Assembly (NCBI GenBank): GCA_040081625.1
Contig: JBEBGD010000004.1
Span: 1 to 64,000, forward strand
DNA from: Chthoniobacteraceae bacterium
GTDB lineage: Bacteria; Verrucomicrobiota; Verrucomicrobiia; Chthoniobacterales; Chthoniobacteraceae
Direction: 5' to 3'
DNA: 64,000 bases
The notes beneath the pieces are model-generated. The model saw nothing but the letters and a program-made list of their open reading frames with translations. It searched no databases and was not told the DNA's origin. Positions 45,622-53,720 of this stretch are shown here, one piece after another. Position 1 is the first letter of the stretch. Every line of letters starts with the position of its first letter. The translations under genes were made by a program, and so were the position numbers.

Positions 45622-47028
45622 CTACTTCATCGACGCGACCATCTCGAGCAGACGCGCGAGGATCTTCTCCGACGCGTCGAACTCGAACCGGCTGGTGCCG
45701 AGCCACGTCTCGTAGCCGCCGAGCTTGTGCTGCCCGGGCGTCGGCAGGTAGCCGTAGTAGCCGCCGGAGTTTGAAACGATGAAGCTCTGCGCAAACCCGG
45801 CGCGCTTCTTAAAGGCGAGGCCGGTCTCGACGAAAACCTCGTTCGGGATGCCGCCGATCGCCACGTCGCCGATGCGCAGCGCACGCAGCGGCACGGGAAT
45901 CGTCGCGGGCCATTCGTTCAGGCGCGTGATGCGATCGGAGTAGATTTCATCGAGCGAAGTCGGCACGTCCGTCTTCGGCTGCGCGAGCAGTTCCTTCGCG
46001 CGGGCGAGCTGCTCGGGCGCCGGGCGGCGGATGCCGATCTCGATCGTGTCCATGCGGGCGCCGAGCGGCACCGTGTCCTTCCACTGGATCGTCTGGTAAG
46101 CCGTGTGCGCGGCCTGCGCGACGCGGTCGGCGACCTCGCGCATCTTCTCGTAGGGCTCGTATTTCTTCGCGGGCTTGCGGCTGTAGTCGTTGTTGTTGAT
46201 GTCGCCGCTGGTGCCGTTCGCGATCATCGCGACGAACGACGGCTCCTGCCGGTCGGCGCCGAGCAGTTGCTGAATCCGATCGGCGAAAAGCGCGAAGTAA
46301 TCCGCCGAGATGTGGCCTGCTCCCACTCCGCCGACGTAGTGCAGCGAGTAGCTCGCGAACACCGAGATCGGCCGGCCTTCCGGCGTGCGGACGGCGATGA
46401 GGCTGACCTCCGGGTCAGTCGGGCCTGCGGGGCGATCGAGGTTCGGGTTCGCGTAGCCAGGGTTCATCTTCACGAGGTCGGCCGTCGAGCCGAAGGGGTT
46501 CCTCGGCATCGTGCCGGGCTTCAGGAACCAGCGGCGGTTGAAGACCTCGCGCGGTTCGCTGCCGACGGCCCAGCCGATCTGCGCGGGCGCGAGGTTGTTC
46601 AGCGCGCGGCGCACGCCGTCGGCGATGCGGCGCGCGACGAAGCGCTGGTAGTCGTCGAGGTCCGCCTTGAGCGCGGCGCGATCCTTTCCCAGCGCGCTCT
46701 GCGCGGAGTGCGTGTGGGTGCAGGACATGAAGAGGTTCGCCGCCGGCAGCCCGGTTTCCTCGACGATCAGGCGCCGCGCTTCGTCATACATCCGCTCGCT
46801 CGCGCCGAGCAGATCGAGCACGACGATGGCGACCTTCGTCGCGCCGTCATCGAGCACGAGGCAGCGCGCGTGCAGGTCGTCGTGGACGTGCTTCGACGGA
46901 AATGGATGGAAGCCGCCGATGATTTCGCCGCCGAGCGGCGGCGTGATATTGCTGGTCGCCGCGCCGGCGCGGAAGGGCTGCGCGGCGGCGGGCAGAACGA
47001 GGAGAAGGCAGAGCAGGAGGATGCGCAT
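45622..47028 (-). CDS. neutral/alkaline ceramidase-like secreted hydrolase
   Basis: RAGAA..NITP, HDDLHARCLVLDDG, CTHTHSA, YSLHYVG, NGTSGDIN, GYLPT...H..GGYE; start reset to MRILL. Confidence 0.8.
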   Translation of the reverse strand: MRILLLCLLLVLPAAAQPFRAGAATSNITPPLGGEIIGGFHPFPSKHVHDDLHARCLVLDDGATKVAIVVLDLLGASERMYDEARRLIVEETGLPAANLFMSCTHTHSAQSALGKDRAALKADLDDYQRFVARRIADGVRRALNNLAPAQIGWAVGSEPREVFNRRWFLKPGTMPRNPFGSTADLVKMNPGYANPNLDRPAGPTDPEVSLIAVRTPEGRPISVFASYSLHYVGGVGAGHISADYFALFADRIQQLLGADRQEPSFVAMIANGTSGDINNNDYSRKPAKKYEPYEKMREVADRVAQAAHTAYQTIQWKDTVPLGARMDTIEIGIRRPAPEQLARAKELLAQPKTDVPTSLDEIYSDRITRLNEWPATIPVPLRALRIGDVAIGGIPNEVFVETGLAFKKRAGFAQSFIVSNSGGYYGYLPTPGQHKLGGYETWLGTSRFEFDASEKILARLLEMVASMK

Positions 47029-47169
47029 GAGCCGAAGCTGCACGACGGGACAACCGGTGGTCAACTGGCGGAAAGTAGCTCACGCGTCCCTCCGAGGAGA
47101 TGCTGCGGTCCTGATCGGTCTTTCCAACGTGCCGCCCTTCCTCTTCGCGATGAAGCTCCACAGCGGCTC

Positions 47170-49092
47170 TTACTTCTTCTCCGTCGTGCGCAGGATTTCC
47201 GCAGGCACGGATTCCTTGGGCTTGTTGAAATCAGCACGCACGCTTCGCTCGGCGGGAAGCTGCAAGACTTCCTTCGGATCCATCGCGGTGCGGACGATGC
47301 ACACGGCGAGGAGCAGGCCGCCCCAGATGGCAGCCTGCGTCCACCAGTCGCGCCACCACGCCGGATCGCGCGGCACTTTCCCCTGATCCTCGCGACCCAC
47401 GCGCCACACCGCGCTGAAAGCCATGCCGGCGACGACCACGGCGAGGAACGACCATGAGAAAAAGTTGAAGCTCGTGTTTGCGCCGTTCGTCCCGCGCTCG
47501 TGGATAAACATCGGATCGAGAGCGCCGACGGTGATCAGCGTCGTCAGCCCGGCGGCGGTCCCCGCCGTCTTCGCGTGGAAGCTGATGCCGAAGAGTAGCG
47601 AGACGATGAATAACAGGACGAGGAAGGTGGAAAGGAGATGCCGCGGCTGCGGTTTGGACGCGGGTGGTTCGTTGCCCGCTTCGACTGCCGCGAACGGAGC
47701 CTTCACGACCGGCTTGCGGAGCGCATACCAGCACCACCCCGCGACGCCCGCACCCGCGAGCCCGCACAGGTGGATGATCAGATCGCCCGGCACGAAGACG
47801 CCGAGCGCGACAACGACCAGCGCGCAAATGCGGAGCAGACGGTCGTTGCCTCGGCGCTGGCCAAGGATCGTCAAACCCATCGCGGTGGCCGCGCCGCTGA
47901 GGAAGAACGTGAACTTCATCAGCTCGAAGGTGCGGGCCGTGGCATCGAGAGCGCCGCGCGAGTTATCGACGATCGTGAAGACGGTCGTGCGGATGACGCC
48001 TTGCAACCCGTAGCACACGCCGAAGATCGCGAGCATCAGGATCAGACTGATCGCGATCTCGCGCTTTCTTGCGGCGGAGCCAGTCGGCGCAGGGGCGACC
48101 GGCGGCTTGCCCGTCACTTTCTCCACGTCGTCGCGCACTTCGCTCGCGTGCTGGTAGCGGCGGTCGGCGTCGCGTTCGAGCGCGTGGAGCACGATCTCGT
48201 CGAGCCGCACGTCGATCCGCACGCGCTCGCTCGGCGGGGCGAAGCGGCCCATCGGGACTTCGCCGGTGAGCATCTCGTAGAAGACGACGCCAAGGCTGTA
48301 GATGTCGGCGCGGTGATCGACGGTCTCCGGTTTGTCGAGTTGCTCGGGCGCCATGTAGCGCGGGGTGCCGAGCGTCATGCCGCTGTGCGTGAGCGTGTGG
48401 TCGGTCGTCTCGCGGCGCAGCAGCTTCGCGAGTCCGAAGTCGGCGATCTTCACGCGGCCGCGTTTGTCGATGAGGATGTTCTCCGGCTTGATGTCGCGAT
48501 GAACGACGCCTTCCTCGTGCGCAAATTGCAGCGCGTCGCAGATCTTCGGCACGACCGCGATCGCCTCCTCGGGCTTCATTTTCCCCGAGCGGATCATGTC
48601 GCGCAGGTTCACGCCATCGACGAACTCCATCGCGAAGTAATACAGCCCGCCGCTCTCGCCGAAGTCGTGGACGCCGACGATGTTCGGGTGGCTGAGCTTC
48701 GCGAGCGAGCGCGCCTCGCGGCGAAAACGCTCGACGAAATCCGGCGAGAGCGCGTCGGCGGGCGGGAGGATTTTCAGCGCGACGATGCGGTCGAGTTGCA
48801 ACTGCCGCGCCTTATAGACGACGCCCATCCCGCCGCGGCCGAGCAGCGAGAGGAACTCGAACTGCGGCAGGCGGCGCGCGACATCCGCCATGTCGCCGAT
48901 GTCGGGGAAGTCGGCATGGAGCGCCGGCGTCCCGCCGGCTGGAGTGTGTGTGGTCGTCGTGGCCGGCGAGGACGCCGGCGCTCCTACGGCGGCACTCAGC
49001 AGGCAGCGCGCGCAGAGACCCTCGGGCGCGTTGCCGGCCATCGGCTGGCCGCATTGGTTGCAGGTGTTCATGGCGGGTTCGGGTGAATTCAT
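47170..49092 (-). CDS. Ser/Thr kinase with N-terminal CxxC..CxxC motif and multi-TM C-terminus
   Basis: CNQC...LCARCL; LGRGGMGVVY, VALK, HRDIKPEN, DFGLAK, GTPRYMAPEQ; several hydrophobic helices. Confidence 0.93.
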   Translation of the reverse strand: MNSPEPAMNTCNQCGQPMAGNAPEGLCARCLLSAAVGAPASSPATTTTHTPAGGTPALHADFPDIGDMADVARRLPQFEFLSLLGRGGMGVVYKARQLQLDRIVALKILPPADALSPDFVERFRREARSLAKLSHPNIVGVHDFGESGGLYYFAMEFVDGVNLRDMIRSGKMKPEEAIAVVPKICDALQFAHEEGVVHRDIKPENILIDKRGRVKIADFGLAKLLRRETTDHTLTHSGMTLGTPRYMAPEQLDKPETVDHRADIYSLGVVFYEMLTGEVPMGRFAPPSERVRIDVRLDEIVLHALERDADRRYQHASEVRDDVEKVTGKPPVAPAPTGSAARKREIAISLILMLAIFGVCYGLQGVIRTTVFTIVDNSRGALDATARTFELMKFTFFLSGAATAMGLTILGQRRGNDRLLRICALVVVALGVFVPGDLIIHLCGLAGAGVAGWCWYALRKPVVKAPFAAVEAGNEPPASKPQPRHLLSTFLVLLFIVSLLFGISFHAKTAGTAAGLTTLITVGALDPMFIHERGTNGANTSFNFFSWSFLAVVVAGMAFSAVWRVGREDQGKVPRDPAWWRDWWTQAAIWGGLLLAVCIVRTAMDPKEVLQLPAERSVRADFNKPKESVPAEILRTTEKK

Positions 49093-49100
49093 GTCACCCT

Positions 49101-49140
49101 GTTCAGAAGAAATCCCGCCGAAAGGTTACCGACTATTTTC
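49101..49140 (-). promoter_or_regulatory. putative ECF-type promoter (GTAACC-N14-CTTCTGAAC) upstream of kinase 47170-49092
   Basis: Same motif and spacing recur at 52312-52351; the AAC-containing -35 is typical of ECF promoters. Confidence 0.65.
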
Positions 49141-49168
49141 GCCCGAGTCCCGGGGGGCGGGCGGAAAA

Positions 49169-49250
49169 TGCATTCGAGGCCGAGGGTCGGTGTTTGCGTC
49201 ATCGCAGTGGTGGTTCTGCCTGGTTTTGGGGTTTCCTCAGCAAAGGTTGC
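49169..49250 (-). pseudogene. relic copy of the promoter/leader and first codons of kinase 49256-52291
   Basis: 49169-49225 aligns ungapped with 52258-52314 (49 of 57 nt by manual count); MTQTPTLGLEC vs MTTTPTHCLEC. Confidence 0.7.
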
Positions 49251-49255
49251 GAAGT

Positions 49256-52200
49256 TCATCGCGGCACGAGCCAGGTGCCGGCGAGCAGGTCGGGCAGGCT
49301 CCGTTTGCAGCGCGCAGCAGAATAGACCACCAGGCAGACGACGACCGCTCCGACGAGACCGAACGCCGTCGGCGATTTGAGCGCAGGCACGAGAAGCGCG
49401 GCAACGAAAACGCCGAGCGGCATCCACGACCACGCGACGAACGCGCGCCAGAGGAGACGCCAGCGCGAGGCGTCGGAGCCATCGCGTCGGACCACGGCGA
49501 TGCCGAGCGAGCGCATGAGCAGCCCGCCGCGAAAGAAGAGCGCGGCGACGACGCTGAAGAGCGCGGTCCAGATGAATCCGCCGAACGGCATCGCGATCCA
49601 CAGCGCCGTGTCGGGGCCATGGCTCACTTCGCCGAAACGCTTCCCGATATTCAGCTCGCCGTCGGCATCGATGGCGCCTCCGAGCCCGGCGCGGGCGGCG
49701 GTCATCGCATCGGCGGACGGCGGCGGGTCGAATTTGTTGACGATCCGCTCGGCGCGCTCCCGCTGCTCCGCCGGCACCGTGCTCACCGCGTAAAAGGCCG
49801 ACCACACCTCGGGGTTCTTCACCAATGGCCCGAAGCGGCCCGCGATGAAGGTCTCCGCGGGCTCAAGGCCGATCGCGGGCTTCACGTCGCGCGGAAATAT
49901 CCCCTGCGCCATGCGTTCGTGAATATCGAGTGCGGTGCGCAGCCGGAGGATGTCGGGATTGCCTTGCGCCCAGGAGGCATAGGCCATCAAGCCGATGGCC
50001 ATGAACACGCCCAGGAGCAGCGTGGGAATGACGCAGCCGGCCACGAGCCCGAGGCGGCGGGCGTGCGTGATGACCGGTCGCTGCCGCACGAGCGCGCTGA
50101 GTTCGCCCGCGAGCGCGGTGAAATCGACCGCCGCACGCAGGCCGTGCAGGAAGCCGCGTGCGCGGACCGCCACCGGCACGCGGACCGCGCCGGTGCGCGC
50201 CTCCTCCCCGGTCGCGACGCGGCCCTCGAGCGCGGAGATGGCGATTTGATTGAGGAAGACGGCAGGCTCAAGGAGTGGGGGCGTTCCTCCCCCATCGGAT
50301 TCGGTCGGGGCCGGGACGGCCCCGCTCCCTGGCGCGGGGAAATCGAGCAGCTTTGCGCCGCCGCTCGCGGTGATCCAGATGCGGTCCAGCGCGAGCGTCT
50401 CGGGCATCGAGCCGTCGCGCATGGCGGCGGCGAATTCCGCGGCGAGATCGAGCAGCCAGTGGCGCACGCTTTTCCACGACTGCGGAGCGCGCAGGAGCGC
50501 GGTGAGCGGCGTGCCCGACGCGGCCTCGTAGGCGTCCCACGATTCCCCATCGCCGCGCCGGCCTTGCAACCAGCGCAGACGACCGGGCCGCGCCGCGTGG
50601 CTCAGCCCGGCGGCGACCGGCGCGGTGTCGGCGGGCACTTCGCGAATCCACACCCGGCGCAGCAGCTTCGCATCGTAGCCGAGGAAGAAGCCGCCTTCGG
50701 CGCTGAGCGGCGCGAGCACGTGATACGGTCCGACCTGCCGCATCGCCTGCGTCGTCGCGACGGGCTCCTCGCTGGGCGCCAGTGCTTCGCGGCCCTCGTA
50801 GGCCGTCCTTTGGATCACGCGCGTCTTCGTCAGCAGATCGATCACCGTGGCGTAGCCATTGTGCCGTCGCGCCGTGCTCGCGAGCAGCGCCGGGTAGAGG
50901 TAATAGGCGATGAGCCCGACGAACTGCCAGGCCACCCCGGCCGTCGCCGCATGGGCGCCGAGGGAAAAGAGAACCGTCACGATCGTCGGCACGAGATAGA
51001 TCAGCGCGCGCAGCGTCGCGCGGCCCATCCCCGGCGCCTGGCGGTCGAGCCCGCCGACGCGCAAGCCCACCAGCGCCTTGCCCGGAGTCGCGCCCCAGCG
51101 CCCTTCGCAGACCGCGAAGTAGGCGATTTCAAAAAGCAGCACACCCACGCCATACCAAAGCCACCGCGGCGACTCCATCGCCGCTCCGTCCATGATCCCC
51201 TGCAAATCGCCGAACATCAGCAGTTGCACCGGCAGCGTCACGGCCACGAAGACCACCGCATCGATCAACGCCGCCGCGAAGCGCAGCGCGAGCGTCGCCG
51301 GCGTCGGCGCCGTTGTCCCAAAGGGCCGCAGCGCGCGCCTCAGTTCGTCGTAGCCCTTCCACCGATCGCCCGACTGCTTCGCCAGGCAGCGCAGGATGAT
51401 TCGCGCCAGCGCCTCGGGGATTTCCGGGCGGAAGGTGCGCGGCGACGGCGCGGATTTTTCCAGCACGGTGGCGAGCAGCGCGACGAGGTTTTCTCCCTCG
51501 AACGGCGCGCGCCCGGTAAGCAGGTAGTAGAGCGTGACGCCGACCGAGTAGATGTCCGCGCGCACGTCGAGCGCTTCGCCGCGGAGCTGCTCGGGCGCGG
51601 AAAAGGCGGGCGTGCCGAGGATCGAACCGGCGGCGGTGAGCGCGGAGTCGCCGCGCGAGAGCGTGGAGATCGAGAGTCCGAAGTCGCCGACTTTCACCGC
51701 GCCGCCCGGCTCGATGAAGCAGTTCGACGGCTTCACATCGCGATGCAGGATGCCCGCGGTGTGCGCGGCTTCGAGTCCGGCGATGACTTGCAGGATCGCA
51801 TCGACTGCCTCGCCGACCGGCATCGGGCCGCCCGCCTTCACGCGGTCGTGCAGCGTGCCGCCGGGGACGAGTTCCATCGTGATGACCGGCGTGTCGTCGA
51901 TCTCCTCGGTGCCATACACATAAACCGAGTTTGGGTGATTGATCGCCGCCGCGAGCCGCCCCTCGCGGATGAAGCGCTTGCGCGAATCCGCCGAGTCGAG
52001 CGAATGCCCGAGCACCTTCAGCGCGATGCGCCGACCGCTCGCGGAGTCCTCCGCTTCATACACCGCGCCCATGCCGCCGCGCCCGAGCAGCCGCAGCACG
52101 CGGTAGCTGCCGAAATCGAACGGGAACTCCGGCGGCGCCACCAGCGTCCGCGCGCCGGCGCTGCCGATGGAGCCGTCGATGCGCTGGGTGGCGAGGCCCG

Positions 52201-52291
52201 CGCGCAGGAGGCAGCGGGCGCAAAGGCCCTGCGTCTCGGCGGGCGAGAGCGGGGCGTTGCATTCGAGGCAGTGGGTCGGTGTGGTGGTCAT
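49256..52291 (-). CDS. Ser/Thr kinase with RDD domains and an internal degenerate kinase-like domain
   Basis: CLEC...LCARCL; HRDVKPSN, DFGL, GTPAFSAPEQ; RDD motifs (LRFAAALID, TPGKALVGLRV, DLLAGT.LV). Confidence 0.9.
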   Translation of the reverse strand: MTTTPTHCLECNAPLSPAETQGLCARCLLRAGLATQRIDGSIGSAGARTLVAPPEFPFDFGSYRVLRLLGRGGMGAVYEAEDSASGRRIALKVLGHSLDSADSRKRFIREGRLAAAINHPNSVYVYGTEEIDDTPVITMELVPGGTLHDRVKAGGPMPVGEAVDAILQVIAGLEAAHTAGILHRDVKPSNCFIEPGGAVKVGDFGLSISTLSRGDSALTAAGSILGTPAFSAPEQLRGEALDVRADIYSVGVTLYYLLTGRAPFEGENLVALLATVLEKSAPSPRTFRPEIPEALARIILRCLAKQSGDRWKGYDELRRALRPFGTTAPTPATLALRFAAALIDAVVFVAVTLPVQLLMFGDLQGIMDGAAMESPRWLWYGVGVLLFEIAYFAVCEGRWGATPGKALVGLRVGGLDRQAPGMGRATLRALIYLVPTIVTVLFSLGAHAATAGVAWQFVGLIAYYLYPALLASTARRHNGYATVIDLLTKTRVIQRTAYEGREALAPSEEPVATTQAMRQVGPYHVLAPLSAEGGFFLGYDAKLLRRVWIREVPADTAPVAAGLSHAARPGRLRWLQGRRGDGESWDAYEAASGTPLTALLRAPQSWKSVRHWLLDLAAEFAAAMRDGSMPETLALDRIWITASGGAKLLDFPAPGSGAVPAPTESDGGGTPPLLEPAVFLNQIAISALEGRVATGEEARTGAVRVPVAVRARGFLHGLRAAVDFTALAGELSALVRQRPVITHARRLGLVAGCVIPTLLLGVFMAIGLMAYASWAQGNPDILRLRTALDIHERMAQGIFPRDVKPAIGLEPAETFIAGRFGPLVKNPEVWSAFYAVSTVPAEQRERAERIVNKFDPPPSADAMTAARAGLGGAIDADGELNIGKRFGEVSHGPDTALWIAMPFGGFIWTALFSVVAALFFRGGLLMRSLGIAVVRRDGSDASRWRLLWRAFVAWSWMPLGVFVAALLVPALKSPTAFGLVGAVVVCLVVYSAARCKRSLPDLLAGTWLVPR

Positions 52292-52311
52292 GGCAGTGGT
52301 GGTTCTGCCGG

Positions 52312-52351
52312 GTTCAGAAGGATCGCCGCGCGGAGGTTACGGACTTTTTTC
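52312..52351 (-). promoter_or_regulatory. putative ECF-type promoter (GTAACC-N14-CTTCTGAAC) upstream of kinase 49256-52291
   Basis: Second copy of the motif at 49101-49140, directly after the sigma factor stop codon. Confidence 0.65.
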
Positions 52352-53084
52352 AGCCACTGAGGACAGCGAGCAGGTGGCGCAGCTCTTCCTCGACTTCGGA
52401 GGGCGTGGCGACGGTCTCGGCGATCTCGGTGCGGATGAGATCGCGGTAGCGCTCGCGCAGGCGATGCACGGCGACTTTCACCGCGCCCTCGCTGGTGCCG
52501 AGCGCGGTGGCGATGTCCGCGTAGGGCGTGCGGTCGCCGGTCAGCGTGCCTTTCAGCGCGTCGAAATGCGCGGCTTTCCCGGCACCGACGAATTCCTCGC
52601 GCAGCCGCGCGAGCACGCGATCGAGCAGCGTGAGCGCCCAGCGGCGGTCGTAGAGCAGGTCCGCTGTCGCGAGGTCGGCGGGTTCGTGCTCGTAGCGGCT
52701 CTCGGCGGTCATGTCGTCGATCGAGACGAAGGCGATTCCGCCGCCGCGCTTCTTCGCGCGCGACTTGTCCCATTCGTTGATGAGGAAGTGCTTCATCGCC
52801 GCGAGCAGCCACGAGCGGAAGCGCCCGCGCTCGCGTTCGACGGCGTTGAGCCAGTCCTTTTCGAGCAGGCGCGCGAAGAACTCCTGCGTGAGATCCTGCG
52901 CATCGTGGGGCGAGATGCCCTGCCGGCGGACGAAGGCGTAGAGCGGATACCAATACGAGCGGCAGAGCGCGGCGAGCGGCGAGCGAGCGCTGGAGGCATC
53001 GCCGCGCGCCGCGAGCACGAGGCTCCAGTGCGTGGTGTGGAAATCACGCGCGGAGCCGGGAGGGTTGTCGTTGCTCGCGGGCAT
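52350..53084 (-). CDS. ECF sigma-70 family RNA polymerase sigma factor
   Basis: Start reset to MPASND; FHTTHWSLV, YWYPLYAFVRR, DAQDLTQEFF, GRFRSWL, region 4 YADIA..LG.SEGAVKVAVHRLR. Confidence 0.92.
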   Translation of the reverse strand: MPASNDNPPGSARDFHTTHWSLVLAARGDASSARSPLAALCRSYWYPLYAFVRRQGISPHDAQDLTQEFFARLLEKDWLNAVERERGRFRSWLLAAMKHFLINEWDKSRAKKRGGGIAFVSIDDMTAESRYEHEPADLATADLLYDRRWALTLLDRVLARLREEFVGAGKAAHFDALKGTLTGDRTPYADIATALGTSEGAVKVAVHRLRERYRDLIRTEIAETVATPSEVEEELRHLLAVLSG

Positions 53085-53165
53085 GGGTCGGTTGTGACAG
53101 GCCCGCGGCGGAAAGTCAGCTTCGACATTGCGTCCGGTCGTGCCGCGTGAGTAGCCTGTCCGCCC

Positions 53166-53663
53166 ATGAATCGATTCACCCTTCTCACCGCTCTCGCTGT
53201 CTTCGCCCTCGCCGCCTGCACAAACAAGAAGGGTGCGGGTGGTGGCGGTGGTGCGGATGGCGATTTCGTGAGCGGCACACCGCTGGCCGATCGCGAGGAG
53301 GGCGTGTCGTTTCTCGGCGGCAATGTGGACCGCAACAAATTCGCGCCGGTGTATTTCGCGTTCGACAGCCACGATGTGGGAGCGGGTGAAGGCGGGAAGA
53401 TCGACCAGGTCGCGGCGTTCATGCGCGAGAGCGGAGGCACGGTCATCATCGCCGGGTTCACCGACGAGCGCGGCACGCCCGAATACAATCGCGGTCTCGG
53501 CGAGCGGCGCGCGCTCGCGGTGCGCGAGGCGATCATCCGCGCCGGCGGCGACGCGCGGAAGCTGCAGACGGTGAGCTTCGGCGCGGAGATGCCGGCAGCG
53601 GAAGGATCGAGTGAAGCAGCTTTCGCCCGGAACCGGCGCGCGGAATTCGGCGTGGTGCGCTGA
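53166..53663 (+). CDS. OmpA/Pal-family lipoprotein
   Basis: Lipobox LAAC; VYFAFDS, GFTDERGT.EYN.GLGERRA, VSFG.E.P, NRRAEF. Confidence 0.9.
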   Translation: MNRFTLLTALAVFALAACTNKKGAGGGGGADGDFVSGTPLADREEGVSFLGGNVDRNKFAPVYFAFDSHDVGAGEGGKIDQVAAFMRESGGTVIIAGFTDERGTPEYNRGLGERRALAVREAIIRAGGDARKLQTVSFGAEMPAAEGSSEAAFARNRRAEFGVVR

Positions 53664-53720
53664 GACCGCGCAAAAATCGCATGCTTGTCGTCGAATCGTC
53701 CGCCGTATTAGCTCTGCCGT

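Noticed and set aside
48890..52360. 1156-aa + strand ORF and similar long antisense ORFs (e.g. 20613-23258, 10438-12606, 13015-14946)
   Set aside because: Shadow frames of high-GC genes on the opposite strand; Arg/Ala-rich with no domain motifs
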